DNA of 64,000 nt. Origin: Candidatus Vogelbacteria bacterium. GTDB lineage: Bacteria; Patescibacteriota; Minisyncoccia; Phycocordibacterales; XYD1-FULL-46-19. The translations under genes and the position numbers were made by a program. The notes beneath the pieces were generated by a model. That model was not told the origin of the DNA. It searched no databases and worked only from the letters and a program-made list of their open reading frames with translations. Positions 49,463 to 60,110 of this stretch are shown piece by piece; the stretch's first letter is position 1; each line of letters opens with the position of its first letter. The stretch covers positions 9,867-73,866 of the forward strand of contig CAIPHT010000005.1 of assembly GCA_903864935.1 (NCBI GenBank). Reading direction: 5' to 3'.

Positions 49463-49942
49463 ATGCGACGACCTACTAAAAAATTAGTTAAATTACAGCC
49501 TGACCATCAATACCAGTCTCTTAAGGTTGAGAAGCTTATCAATTATATAATGGAGCGTGGCAAGAAGAATGTCGCTCGCACCATTGTTTATAACGCCTTC
49601 GATATCATTAAGGAGAAGACTAAGGAGGAGCCAATTGAAGTCTTCGAGACCGCTATTCGTAATGTTTCCCCACAAGTTGAAGTTCGTTCCCGCCGTGTCG
49701 GTGGTGCCAACTATCAGGTTCCTCACGAGGTTCGTCCTGAGCGCAAGATTGCTTTGACCTATCGCTGGATTATTGAGGCTGCCAAGGGTAAGAAGGGTAA
49801 GCCAATGGCCGAGAAACTTGCTGATGAATTGATCGGTGCCTATAAAAATGAAGGTGAAGCAATCAAGAAACGTGAGAACGTTCATCGCATGGCCGAGGCC
49901 AACCGCGCTTTTGCTCACTTTGCCCTTGCTCGCAAGAAGTAG
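49463..49942 (+). CDS. rpsG: 30S ribosomal protein S7
   Basis: SRRVGGANYQVP, HRMAEANRAFAH. Confidence 0.99.
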   Translation: MRRPTKKLVKLQPDHQYQSLKVEKLINYIMERGKKNVARTIVYNAFDIIKEKTKEEPIEVFETAIRNVSPQVEVRSRRVGGANYQVPHEVRPERKIALTYRWIIEAAKGKKGKPMAEKLADELIGAYKNEGEAIKKRENVHRMAEANRAFAHFALARKK

Positions 49943-50031
49943 ATTAATAAAGTAACCTAATTTCTAATTGGTCTAATTGACCTAAATTACAAGCCTTAGA
50001 AATTAGAATAATTAGAAATTAGAATAATTTT

Positions 50032-52173
50032 ATGCGTGACTATCCGCTCGATAAAGTTCGTAACTTCGGTATTATTGCCCACATTGACGCTGGTAAGACA
50101 ACTGTCTCCGAGCGTATTCTTTATTATACTGGTGTTTCTCATAAGATTGGTGAAGTTCACGAAGGGGAGGCGACCATGGACTGGATGGATCAAGAGCGTG
50201 AGCGTGGTATCACCATTTGTTCGGCTGCGACCACCGCTTTTTGGACACCTACCTATGATCTCCTAAATCCTGAGCGCAAGCACCGCTTGAATATTATTGA
50301 TACCCCAGGGCACATCGACTTCACTGTTGAGGTTAAGCGCTCTCTCCGCGTGCTTGATGGTGCTGTCGTTATCTTCGACGGTGTCGCTGGTGTGGAGCCT
50401 CAGTCTGAGACCAACTGGCGTTATGCTGATGAGGCTAAGGTTCCTCGTATGTGCTTCATCAACAAGCTCGACCGTATGGGTGCCTCTTTTGATAAATCCT
50501 ATCAGACCATTCTTGACCGTCTCTCTAAGAAAGCGGTTCGCACTCAGATCCCGATCGGCGTTGATTCTGAACACGAAGGCGTTATTGATTTGTTGAAGAT
50601 GAAGGGTTACCTCTTCGAAGGCGATAAAGGTAAAGAAATTAAAGAAATTGAGATTCCCGAGAAATATCTTGAGGATGCCAAAACTCTTCGCGCCGAGCTC
50701 GTTGAGCGTATTGTTGAGAATGATGACGCTCTAATGACCGATTTTCTTGAGGGTAAGGAGATTGCCATCGCTGATCTTAAGCGTGTTTTGCGCAAGGCGG
50801 TTATTGCTAATGAAATTTTCCCAGTCATGTGTGGTTCAGCTCTTAAGAACAAGGGTGTTCAGCTAATGCTTGATGCCGTTGTTGATTATTTGCCAAGTCC
50901 ACTCGACATGCCCGCTATCCACGGCTTCCACCCCGTCACTGGCGAAGAGGAATTCCGCAAGACCTCTGATGATGAGCATTTCTCTGCTCTTGCTTTCAAA
51001 ATGCAGGCTGACCCCTTTGTTGGGCAGTTGACCTTCTTCCGTGTCTACTCCGGCGTTCTTAAATCCGGTTCTTATGTCTACAACTCGATCAATGATGAGA
51101 AAGAGCGTGTTGGCCGTATCGTCCGTCTCCATGCTAACCATCGTGAAGAAGTTCCCGAGGTCTATGCTGGAGAAATTGCCGCTATCGTCGGATTGAAGAA
51201 TACCAAGACTGGTCACACCCTTTGTGACGAGAATTTCCCCATCGTACTTGAAGGTATCAAGATTCCTGAGCCGGTGGTGGAGATGCGCATTGAGCCTAAG
51301 ACCAAGGTTGACCAAGAGAAGATGGGTATTGCGCTTAAGAAACTTTCTGACGAAGATCCAACCTTCCGCATCAAATCTGATCCTGAGACTATGGAGACTA
51401 TTATTGCCGGTATGGGTGAATTGCACTTAGACGTTCTCGTTGAGCGTATGAAGCGTGAGTTTGGTGTAGAGGCGAATATTGGTAAGCCACAGGTCGCTTA
51501 TAAAGAAACAATCACTGCCGAGGCTGAGGCTGAAGGCAAATATGTTAAGCAGTCTGGTGGTAAGGGTCAATACGGTCACGTTCGTTTGCGCATTAAGCCG
51601 ATGGAGAAGATTGTTGACCCCGATGCTAAGGTGGCCAAGAACATTAAGCGTGAAGCTAATTTTGAATTCATCAATAATATTAAGGGTGGCGCTATCCCTG
51701 GTGAATATATCCCAGCCGTGGAGAAGGGTGTGCGCGAGGGTCTCTCCCGTGGTATCTCAGCGGGCTTCGAAGTTGTCGATGTCTCTGTCGAGCTCTATGA
51801 TGGTTCTTATCACGAAGTGGACTCCTCCGAAATGGCCTTCAAGATGGCCGGTTCGATGGCTCTCCAAGATGCCGCTCGTCGCGCCAAGCCAGTGCTCCTT
51901 GAGCCAATTATGAAAGTTGAGGTCGTGGTGCCTGAGAAGTTCATGGGTGATATCACTGGTCACCTCTCCTCCAAGCGTGGCCAGATTGAGGCGATGGAAG
52001 AAAGAGGCGACCTCAAGGTTATCAATGCCAAGGTACCGCTCTCCGAAATGTTCGGCTATGTCACCACTCTCCGCTCGATGACCGAAGGCCGTGGTAATTA
52101 CACAATGGAATTCCTCGAGTATGCCATTATCCCTAACTCGGTGGCCCAGGCGATTATTGAGGCGAGAAAATAA
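50032..52173 (+). CDS. fusA: elongation factor G
   Basis: [32 protein letters not shown]. Confidence 0.99.
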   Translation: MRDYPLDKVRNFGIIAHIDAGKTTVSERILYYTGVSHKIGEVHEGEATMDWMDQERERGITICSAATTAFWTPTYDLLNPERKHRLNIIDTPGHIDFTVEVKRSLRVLDGAVVIFDGVAGVEPQSETNWRYADEAKVPRMCFINKLDRMGASFDKSYQTILDRLSKKAVRTQIPIGVDSEHEGVIDLLKMKGYLFEGDKGKEIKEIEIPEKYLEDAKTLRAELVERIVENDDALMTDFLEGKEIAIADLKRVLRKAVIANEIFPVMCGSALKNKGVQLMLDAVVDYLPSPLDMPAIHGFHPVTGEEEFRKTSDDEHFSALAFKMQADPFVGQLTFFRVYSGVLKSGSYVYNSINDEKERVGRIVRLHANHREEVPEVYAGEIAAIVGLKNTKTGHTLCDENFPIVLEGIKIPEPVVEMRIEPKTKVDQEKMGIALKKLSDEDPTFRIKSDPETMETIIAGMGELHLDVLVERMKREFGVEANIGKPQVAYKETITAEAEAEGKYVKQSGGKGQYGHVRLRIKPMEKIVDPDAKVAKNIKREANFEFINNIKGGAIPGEYIPAVEKGVREGLSRGISAGFEVVDVSVELYDGSYHEVDSSEMAFKMAGSMALQDAARRAKPVLLEPIMKVEVVVPEKFMGDITGHLSSKRGQIEAMEERGDLKVINAKVPLSEMFGYVTTLRSMTEGRGNYTMEFLEYAIIPNSVAQAIIEARK

Positions 52174-52188
52174 GACTTAAAAATTAGC

Positions 52189-52235
52189 CAAAGCCCCGCT
52201 GGATATGTCCATATCCAGCGGGGCTTTGCTTTTAT
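52189..52235 (+). terminator. intrinsic terminator between fusA and tuf, followed by a tuf promoter (TTGACT-16 nt-TAATAT, 52235-52262)
   Basis: AAAGCCCCGCTGGATATG/CATATCCAGCGGGGCTTT. Confidence 0.7.
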
Positions 52236-52327
52236 TGACTTATCTTTGGATTTTGCTAATATAAGTGTTGCGTTTGTGCGCAGTCTTTTAATTTGTATTT
52301 ATTATTAATCGTTAATTTTAATTAATT

Positions 52328-53533
52328 ATGGCAGCAGAAAAATTTGATCGTTCCAAGCCACACGTTAACGTCGGGACCATTGGCCACGTTGACCACGGCA
52401 AGACCACCCTCACCGCCGCTATCTTGTACACTCTAAACATGGCCGCTGGCCAGGGTTATAGTGCACGCGTAGAAGGTGTTGATGGTATTGATAATGCCCC
52501 TGAAGAAAAAGCTCGTGGGATCACGATTGCTCTTCACCACTCCGAGTACGGTACTCCTAAGCGTCACTATGCTCACATCGACGCCCCAGGTCACGCCGAC
52601 TATATTAAGAACATGATCACTGGTGCTGCCCAGATGGATGGCGCTGTTATCGTTGTTGCTGCGACTGACGGTCTTATGCCTCAGACTCGTGAGCACATTC
52701 TTTTGGCTCGTCAGGTTGGTGTACCTAAGATTATTGTCTTCATCAACAAGTGCGATATGGTTGATGATCCTGAACTTATTGACTTGGTTGAGGAAGAAGT
52801 TCGCGAACTTCTTACCAAACAAGAATTCGATGGTGCCAACTGCCCAGTTATCCGTGGCTCCGCTCTTAAGGCTCTTGCCGCCACCAGTCTTGATGACGAG
52901 TGGTCCAAGAAGATTATGGAGTTAGTCCAAGCGATGGATGACTATATTCCTGATCCTGTTCGTGAAGTTGACAAGCCTTTCTTGATGCCGATTGAAGATA
53001 TCTTCTCTATTGAAGGTCGCGGTACTGTCGTTACTGGCCGTATCGAGCGCGGTGTTGTGAAGGTTGGTGAAGATGCTGAGATTGTTGGTCTTAAGGACAC
53101 TGTCAAGACCACCATTACCGGTATCGAAATGTTCAACAAGCAACTCGATGAGGGTATGGCTGGCGACAACGCTGGTATTCTCTTGCGCGGTCTTAAGAAG
53201 GATGATGTCACTCGTGGTCAGGTTTTGGCCAAGGTTGGTTCTATCACTCCTCACACCGAATTTACTGCTGAAGTTTACATTTTGACTAAGGAAGAAGGTG
53301 GTCGTCACACCCCATTCTTCGCTGGTTACAAACCACAGTTCTACATCCGTACCACTGACGTGACTGGTGAGGTTATCCTCCCAGAGGATGTGAAGATGGT
53401 TATGCCTGGCGATACCATTAGCATTACTGTTAAGTTGATTTCTCCGGTTGCCTTGGAAGACAAGCAACGCTTTGCTATCCGCGAGGGTGGTAAGACTGTT
53501 GGAGCCGGTGCCGTTAACAAAATTATTGCTTAA
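52328..53533 (+). CDS. tuf: elongation factor Tu
   Basis: [26 protein letters not shown]. Confidence 0.99.
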   Translation: MAAEKFDRSKPHVNVGTIGHVDHGKTTLTAAILYTLNMAAGQGYSARVEGVDGIDNAPEEKARGITIALHHSEYGTPKRHYAHIDAPGHADYIKNMITGAAQMDGAVIVVAATDGLMPQTREHILLARQVGVPKIIVFINKCDMVDDPELIDLVEEEVRELLTKQEFDGANCPVIRGSALKALAATSLDDEWSKKIMELVQAMDDYIPDPVREVDKPFLMPIEDIFSIEGRGTVVTGRIERGVVKVGEDAEIVGLKDTVKTTITGIEMFNKQLDEGMAGDNAGILLRGLKKDDVTRGQVLAKVGSITPHTEFTAEVYILTKEEGGRHTPFFAGYKPQFYIRTTDVTGEVILPEDVKMVMPGDTISITVKLISPVALEDKQRFAIREGGKTVGAGAVNKIIA

Positions 53534-53566
53534 GTTCGCTTAATCAATCAAGCACCTTACAAAATT

Positions 53567-53941
53567 ATGGAAAACGAAACAAAAACAACCAAAGCCAAGA
53601 AGCCGGTGAAGGCCAAGAAGGATGAGGTAAAAGAATTGGCCAAGTTGCGCATCCGTGTCTCAGCTTATGAGCACAAAGTGCTTGATGCTTCGGTGAAGCA
53701 GATTGTCGATACCGCGACTCGTTATGATGGTAAGATTGAGGGCCCTATCCCTCTTCCTACTGAGTTCAAGAAGTATACGGTTAACCGTAGCTCCTTCATC
53801 GACAAGAACTCCCGCGAGCAGTTCGAAATGCGTATCCATAAGCGCTTGATTGATATCTCTAACCCCTCTCCGAAGTTGATTGAGAGCCTCACAAATCTCA
53901 ATCTTCCATCCGGAGTTAACATTGACGTAAAGATGATGTAA
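53567..53941 (+). CDS. rpsJ: 30S ribosomal protein S10
   Basis: [23 protein letters not shown]. Confidence 0.98.
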   Translation: MENETKTTKAKKPVKAKKDEVKELAKLRIRVSAYEHKVLDASVKQIVDTATRYDGKIEGPIPLPTEFKKYTVNRSSFIDKNSREQFEMRIHKRLIDISNPSPKLIESLTNLNLPSGVNIDVKMM

Positions 53942-54412
53942 AGTCGCTCGACTTACTTCAGTTAAACAACACAGAAAACCCCTCCAGCGAGGGGTTTTCT
54001 TACGCTCCGCATCGGCCATTTTGCCATTGTTCTCGCTTTGCTCGAACATAAATGATGGCAAAAACCGGCTGGCCGTAGCTACGCGAGGTTGTTTAACTGA
54101 AGAAGTCTCGCTTAACTGCAAACCGCCACTGAGAGGCGAAGCCTCTCAGTGGCGGTTTGCTAGAAACTCGAAACCCTACCAATCGGTAGGGTTTCTCGGA
54201 GGCCGGAGCCACTAATACATAAATTGTAATACTGGGCATTTGAAAGTCAAATCAAAAAAAAGGCCCCCGATGCAGACGTGTCTGCATAAGGGTCCTCTCC
54301 GTAGTGATGTGTATATTATACCCCCGGGTATTAAAAAGTCAAGAAATGGAAAACCCGCCGGCGGCAAGCGGGAAATCCGTTTGCGCGCGCGGCGGGTGTG
54401 TGGGCAGTGAAC

Positions 54413-54829
54413 TTAGCTGAGGTCGACGCCAGCCTCTTTCATGGCTTTGGCGAGGGCCTTTTCGACGAGGGTGGGAAGTTTTTTCTTGAACTCTTCGACC
54501 AGGGCCAGGGCTCTTGCCGGAAGGTCTTCAAGGTGAGATCTCTTCAACTCGTCACCGTCCCTTCTGTGCTTCAGTGAAATCTTGCTCATCTCGGCGCAGA
54601 GGATTTTGACCTGCTCCAATTCCTGGAGGTCCTCTTTCGGGATGTCCTTGCTGAGAAAATGGTATTTCGAGGCCATGTCTCTGCCGGCATCTTCCACTGT
54701 GTGCACCAAACGCCAGTCGTCTTTCCCTTCCCAGTTGGTGAGTCTCTTGAGGGGGTTACCGAAGTGTTCTGTTGAGCGTGTTGGTTGGCTTCGGTATTCT
54801 TCAACTAAACGCCTGAAGTTTATCATCAA
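54413..54829 (-). CDS. hypothetical protein inserted between rpsJ and rplC
   Basis: Own promoter (TTGACA-17 nt-TATACT), AAGGAG RBS and terminator. Confidence 0.65.
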   Translation of the reverse strand: MMINFRRLVEEYRSQPTRSTEHFGNPLKRLTNWEGKDDWRLVHTVEDAGRDMASKYHFLSKDIPKEDLQELEQVKILCAEMSKISLKHRRDGDELKRSHLEDLPARALALVEEFKKKLPTLVEKALAKAMKEAGVDLS

Positions 54830-54946
54830 CTTTCTCCTTCTTCTTTCTGACCTTATCTCAAAAGCACCCTACTTGTTCGGGCACCTTACTCTCTATAATT
54901 AAGTATAGCACAATAGGTTCTATATGTCAATGGCTCTACATTCAGA

Positions 54947-54986
54947 CCCCGCCCAGGTCTCGGGCGACCTTGAGGCCTGGGCGGGG
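54947..54986. repeat. palindromic element, loop variant of the AAGTGAGCCC family
   Basis: CCCCGCCCAGGTCTC-GGGCGACCTT-GAGGCCTGGGCGGGG. Confidence 0.75.
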
Positions 54987-55067
54987 GAAAGGAGGGGTAA
55001 ATATTGACTTTAAATGACATTCTGGTAGTATAAACCAGAGCTCGTAGGGGCTATTATTTTTACTTTT

Positions 55068-55721
55068 ATGAAATTCATTCTCGGCAAAAAGGAATACATG
55101 ACCCAGCTCTTCGATGAGTCTGGTAAGGTTGTCCCTGGGACGGTTGTTTCGGTTGGGCCGATGTCTGTTCTAGAGATTAAGAAAGGCAAGCCTTCTACGA
55201 CTAGATCCAAGACTGGTACTTACGATTCAATGGTTATTGGTTATGGTGAGCGCAAACTCTCTAATGTTAATAAGCCTCAGAAAGGTTTGATTAAGAAGGC
55301 CCTGGCTGATAAGGAAAAGGGTTTTGCCGTTATTCGTGAGTTCAATAATAAGAAAAGCGAGTTACCAGCTGTTGAAGTTGGCTCAACTATCGATGCCTCG
55401 GTCTTCGCTGTCGGCGATAAGGTGGTTGTGAGCTCTATTTCTAAGGGTAAGGGCTTCCAAGGTGTCGTCAAGCGTCACGGCTTCAAGGGTGGACGTCGTT
55501 CTCATGGTCAGAAGCACTCTGAGCGTGAGCCAGGTTCTATCGGTGCTGGTGGCAAACAACGTGTTCTTCCTGGTATGCGCATGGGTGGCCGTATGGGTAC
55601 TGATCGTATTACTGCTAAGAATTGCATCGTTTCCCGTGTTGATGCCGAGAAGAATTTGATTTTTATAAAGGGGGCCATTGCCGGTCGCAAGGGGACGTTG
55701 GTTGAGATAATGAGCAAGTAG
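55068..55721 (+). CDS. rplC: 50S ribosomal protein L3
   Basis: SKGKGFQGVVKRH, SHG, PGSIG. Confidence 0.98.
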   Translation: MKFILGKKEYMTQLFDESGKVVPGTVVSVGPMSVLEIKKGKPSTTRSKTGTYDSMVIGYGERKLSNVNKPQKGLIKKALADKEKGFAVIREFNNKKSELPAVEVGSTIDASVFAVGDKVVVSSISKGKGFQGVVKRHGFKGGRRSHGQKHSEREPGSIGAGGKQRVLPGMRMGGRMGTDRITAKNCIVSRVDAEKNLIFIKGAIAGRKGTLVEIMSK

Positions 55722-55750
55722 TAAAAGTAGTAGAGTAGTAAAGTAATATC

Positions 55751-56419
55751 ATGATTGACGCTAAAGTATACAATTTTGAAGGAGTAGAGTCAGGGAAGGC
55801 GAGTTTGCCTGAAGCAGTTTTTGGCGTTAAGTGGAACAATGATCTTGTTTATCAAGTGGCTGTTGCTATGCAGGCTAATCTTCGCCGCGTGACCGCTGAT
55901 ACTAAAGACCGCGCTGAAGTTCGTGGTGGTGGCAAGAAGCCTTATCGCCAGAAGGGTACCGGCCGCGCTCGTCACGGGTCCTCTCGTTCACCAATCTGGA
56001 TTGGTGGTGGTGTTACTCATGGACCGCTCGCCGAGAAGGATTATAGCCAGAAGATTAATAAGAAAATGAAATCCAAGGCCTTCTTCATTGTTTTGTCTAA
56101 GAAATTAGCTGATGGTGAAGTCGTTTTTGTCCAAGATTTGCCTCTAACTGTGGCTAAGACTAAGCAAGCTCAAGCTTATTTGAATAATTTTGCTAAGGCT
56201 GGCTTCGAGAAAATCAACTACAAGAAGGGCAAGCGTGCTCTTATCACTACCGCCAAGAAGGATGAGAAGACCTCTAAGAGTTTCAAGAATATTCCTAGCG
56301 CTACTGTCACTGACTTGCGCGACGTGAACATGCTTGATTTGTTGAATTACAAGTATTTGGTCATTACTAATCCGGCTGACAGTTTGGCTGTTCTTAAAAC
56401 AAGAGCTAAAGCAGAATAG
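55751..56419 (+). CDS. rplD: 50S ribosomal protein L4
   Basis: RGGGKKPYRQKGTGRARHGS. Confidence 0.98.
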   Translation: MIDAKVYNFEGVESGKASLPEAVFGVKWNNDLVYQVAVAMQANLRRVTADTKDRAEVRGGGKKPYRQKGTGRARHGSSRSPIWIGGGVTHGPLAEKDYSQKINKKMKSKAFFIVLSKKLADGEVVFVQDLPLTVAKTKQAQAYLNNFAKAGFEKINYKKGKRALITTAKKDEKTSKSFKNIPSATVTDLRDVNMLDLLNYKYLVITNPADSLAVLKTRAKAE

Positions 56420-56447
56420 TTCGATAAACTCACTATAAATAATTATT

Positions 56448-56750
56448 ATGTCTAAGATTGGCAAAGAAAATAAAACCCAGATTGTCCTGAAGTCACCTCG
56501 CGTCACCGAGAAGTCGACCGATTTGTCTGTCCGGACGAACCCCGCTTATGTCTTCGAAGTTGCTCGTGAGGCCACCAAGCCGATGATTGTTGCCGCTTTT
56601 GAAGCGAAGTATAAGGTCAAGCCGGTCAAGGTCAACATTGTTAATTTGCCAGCCAAGAAGACCATGGTCCGCGGTAAGCGTGGCTCTAAGAGCGCGATCA
56701 AGAAGGCGATGGTTTTTATTAAAGCTGGTGAGAAAATAGAAATTGTCTAA
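56448..56750 (+). CDS. rplW: 50S ribosomal protein L23
   Basis: PRVTEKS, YVFEV, KKAMV. Confidence 0.95.
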   Translation: MSKIGKENKTQIVLKSPRVTEKSTDLSVRTNPAYVFEVAREATKPMIVAAFEAKYKVKPVKVNIVNLPAKKTMVRGKRGSKSAIKKAMVFIKAGEKIEIV

Positions 56751-56751
56751 T

Positions 56752-57591
56752 ATGAAAAAATACGCCCCAACAACTCCATCCCGTCGCAACATGACCACGA
56801 TCAACTATCGTGAGTATTTGACCGTTTCTGAGCCACATAAGCCTCTCACCAAAGGGGTGAAGCGAGATGTTGGCCGTAATGGTGATGGTCGCATCACTGT
56901 CCGTCACAAGGGGGGTGGACACAAGCGCCTCTATCGCGACATTGATTTTAAATATACTAAGGTTGGTATCCCGGCCAAGATTGAGACTGTGGAGTATGAT
57001 CCTAATCGCTCTGGCTTCATTGCCCTTGTCTGTTACAAGGATGGGGCTCGTGCTTATCACTTGCTTCCTAAGGAGCTCAAGGTTGGTGATGTTATCTTGA
57101 ATGATGCTAGCGCTGATGTGAAGACCGGCAACCGTTTACCACTTTCTAAAATTCCTGTTGGTACCTTTATTTACAATATCGAGACCAAGCCGGGGAGTGG
57201 AGCTAAGTTTGTCCGTTCGGCTGGTTCTTATGCTGAGGTTGTCTCTCATGATGCTGGCTATACCGCCATCAAGATGCCTTCAACTGAAGTTCATAAATTA
57301 CTTGATACCTGTTCCGCTTCGATTGGGGCCGTTTCTAATGATGAACACAAATTAGTTAAGTATGGTAAGGCCGGCCGTTCTCGCTGGAAGGGTATTCGCC
57401 CAACTGTCCGAGGCACCGCTATGAACCCAGTAGATCATCCATACGGAGGAGGTGAAGGTGTCCAAGGCCGAGGTACTCGTCGTCCTAAGACCATGTGGGG
57501 TAAGGTTACCGGTGGTAAGAAGACTCGTCACCCTAAGAAATACTCTAACCACCTCGTTGTTTCTCGCCGTAAGGTTGGGAAAAGAAAGTAA
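56752..57591 (+). CDS. rplB: 50S ribosomal protein L2
   Basis: GGGHKRLYR, EYDPNRS, MNPVDHPYGGGEG. Confidence 0.98.
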   Translation: MKKYAPTTPSRRNMTTINYREYLTVSEPHKPLTKGVKRDVGRNGDGRITVRHKGGGHKRLYRDIDFKYTKVGIPAKIETVEYDPNRSGFIALVCYKDGARAYHLLPKELKVGDVILNDASADVKTGNRLPLSKIPVGTFIYNIETKPGSGAKFVRSAGSYAEVVSHDAGYTAIKMPSTEVHKLLDTCSASIGAVSNDEHKLVKYGKAGRSRWKGIRPTVRGTAMNPVDHPYGGGEGVQGRGTRRPKTMWGKVTGGKKTRHPKKYSNHLVVSRRKVGKRK

Positions 57592-57750
57592 AAACTCAGA
57601 ACTGCCCTTGGCCTTCGGTCAAGGGCAGTTTTACTTTTCCCCCTTTTTTTCTTTTCCCTCATGTCCCTCAATGCTATTATTAACCTAGGCCTAAAGTGCC
57701 TAACGTGTTTTTATTATAAATTTATTAGTAACCAATTTTTTATTAAACAA

Positions 57751-59511
57751 ATGAAAAAGTATCTTTTTGGAGCCCTCTTGGCCTTAGCGCTAGTTGTTGC
57801 TCCTTTTGTGTCTAGTGCGGCAACTACCCCTGTGGCAAATCAAGGCAAGCCAGTTGTTAAGTTGGCCACCGGGTCAGTATCTCTAAAAGATGGGCGGGTT
57901 GAAGCCGTTTTTAATGGTTACGTTTCCTCTTCTGGCGGGGAGGCCTACATTGATAAGAACAATCCCTTTAACGTTCGCCTGATTAATTATTCGGGAAAGG
58001 GCCTAAATAATAATAGTTGTAAAGTTGTGTCATATGATTATGATAAAAATTTGTCTAGCGTAAAGGGTAAATGGGGGCAATTAATTACAGTTTTGAAAAA
58101 TGGCACAAATGCTCGATATAGAGTTGTGGTTAGTTGCGACACTAATGGGTTATTAGCTGGAGTTTACTATGCAGAATTATCCTATTTATATTATTGGCCA
58201 ACTATCATGAGTCAATATGGGGCTCATCTAAATATCAATAATAAGTCAAATGATTATGTTTATGTGTCTGGTGATAAATCATCCCCTTGGATTTCCAATG
58301 TAAATAATCCTGTTGAGAACGGAGGCAAAGTTGCTCTAAGTGGTTTCAATTTGGGTAATATTAACGCTGTCTATGTCGATGGTCTTCCGGTTTCCACTGA
58401 ACATAACACCTCTGACCCTAACAATCTTTCGTTTAATTTGGCAGAAGACCTTACTGTTGGTCATCATGAATTTCAAGTGGCCAACGTTAATGGGCGAAGT
58501 AATTTAGGCGACTTAATTATTAAACCCCGTGTTATTATTGTAAGCCTTCTCTTTGCTCCATCGACCTTTATCCCTACCAGTCAGACCCTTAAGGGGGGAG
58601 ACTCAAAGTCGATTATTGCGATTGATCTCAGCGTCTACAGGTCAAAGCTGGCTGTTAGCCGTTTAGATGTTCATTTTACCGAGCGCCCATGGCTTAACTT
58701 CAGTGAAGTTAGCTTAAGAGATATCAATGGTACGATTATTGCTCGCAAAACCTTATCAGGACCTAATGACGCGACAGAAGTCTCGGCTGGTTCTGAGTAT
58801 TTTGTTCGTTTTGATAACATTGATTATCCCGTTATTCCTGGTAACAAGTCTACTCTCGTTGCTTGGGCCAATGTCCGCCCTATTGCTAAGTTTACGGCTG
58901 GAGAGAAGGTTGGAGTTAGTATTCCTGCTGGTTCCGTCCAGTATTTTAGTGGCCTAAGCACGACGACTGTTGGCTTGGGTTCTGCTTTTCGGATTGGCGG
59001 GGCCTATGTCAATACTTTAACCATGCTTGATACGGTCTCCTCTCCGGTTATTACTCCAACCCCTGCACCAGTCACTCCAGTTACTACCGGTTCGGTTGTT
59101 ACTCCAACCCCAGTTTCAACTCCAGCCCCTACTACCGTTACGGCTGAAGTTTCCCCTCGCGTCTCGGCTATTGCCGGTAACCTTTACCCAGGTGGGTGGG
59201 TTAAGTTGAGTGGGGCTCGCTTAACGACGGACGTCAAAATTGTAGATAATTATGACCCTAGTAAGATTGTGGTGCCACTGAGCCTCTCCGATGTTAATGG
59301 TGACGGGACACGCATTGATTTCAAGTTGCCTTCGGATATGAAGATCGGGGCCTATTACCTTAATGTTTACAGCAAGACGGGCATGAAGAGCCCAACCATG
59401 CCTTTCCCAGTCACTGCCAAACCTGTCACTTCGGCTCAAGCTAAGGTTAACCAGCTCGCGGCCACGGCCAGTGCCCTACAGGCTATTCTTGATAAAATGA
59501 TGGGGCAGTAG
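57751..59511 (+). CDS. secreted surface protein with IPT/TIG-like domains and Pro/Thr linker
   Basis: Signal peptide MKKYLFGALLALALVV; PWISNV...GGKVALSGFNL; PTPAPVTP linker. Confidence 0.72.
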   Translation: MKKYLFGALLALALVVAPFVSSAATTPVANQGKPVVKLATGSVSLKDGRVEAVFNGYVSSSGGEAYIDKNNPFNVRLINYSGKGLNNNSCKVVSYDYDKNLSSVKGKWGQLITVLKNGTNARYRVVVSCDTNGLLAGVYYAELSYLYYWPTIMSQYGAHLNINNKSNDYVYVSGDKSSPWISNVNNPVENGGKVALSGFNLGNINAVYVDGLPVSTEHNTSDPNNLSFNLAEDLTVGHHEFQVANVNGRSNLGDLIIKPRVIIVSLLFAPSTFIPTSQTLKGGDSKSIIAIDLSVYRSKLAVSRLDVHFTERPWLNFSEVSLRDINGTIIARKTLSGPNDATEVSAGSEYFVRFDNIDYPVIPGNKSTLVAWANVRPIAKFTAGEKVGVSIPAGSVQYFSGLSTTTVGLGSAFRIGGAYVNTLTMLDTVSSPVITPTPAPVTPVTTGSVVTPTPVSTPAPTTVTAEVSPRVSAIAGNLYPGGWVKLSGARLTTDVKIVDNYDPSKIVVPLSLSDVNGDGTRIDFKLPSDMKIGAYYLNVYSKTGMKSPTMPFPVTAKPVTSAQAKVNQLAATASALQAILDKMMGQ

Positions 59512-59746
59512 AGTATTGAGATTGTCCTGAAATTAAGAAAACCGCCCAGACCTCTAGTTTCCCGAGGTCTGGGCGGTTTTTGCTTGCCCCGTGGGGGTGA
59601 AGTCCCTCTACGGGGTTTGACATTATCCCCAATTTTGCTATGCTATCCCTAGCTCAAATAAGGGGCGTCTGTCCGCCGACTGGCGGACTAAATTTTGCTC
59701 GTCAGGGTGTGCCGGTAGGCCACTTCAACGGGCGTTTAAAATATTT

Positions 59747-60085
59747 ATGGCACGATCATTATCTAAGGGTCCCTATGTGGACGAAAAACTTTTAAAGAAA
59801 CTTGTCGGTAAGAAGGCAAGTGAATCTGGCGTAATTAAGACTTGGGCCAGACGTAGCCAAATCTCCCCAGAGATGATCGGCTTTACTTTTGGTGTTCATA
59901 ATGGCAAGAGCCACTTGGAGGTTTTCGTGACCGAAGAAATGGTGGGCCACCGCTTAGGCGAATTTTCCCCAACTCGCAAGTTTACCAAACACGGCGGTAA
60001 GATGCAGAAGGAGATAGAGCAGAAGAAGAAGGAGGCTGAGATTAGCGCGGCTAAAGCGGCTAAGGACTCCCCAGCTAAGAAATAG
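59747..60085 (+). CDS. rpsS: 30S ribosomal protein S19
   Basis: [26 protein letters not shown]. Confidence 0.98.
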   Translation: MARSLSKGPYVDEKLLKKLVGKKASESGVIKTWARRSQISPEMIGFTFGVHNGKSHLEVFVTEEMVGHRLGEFSPTRKFTKHGGKMQKEIEQKKKEAEISAAKAAKDSPAKK

Positions 60086-60110
60086 TTCGACCCGCTCACT
60101 ATAAATAATC

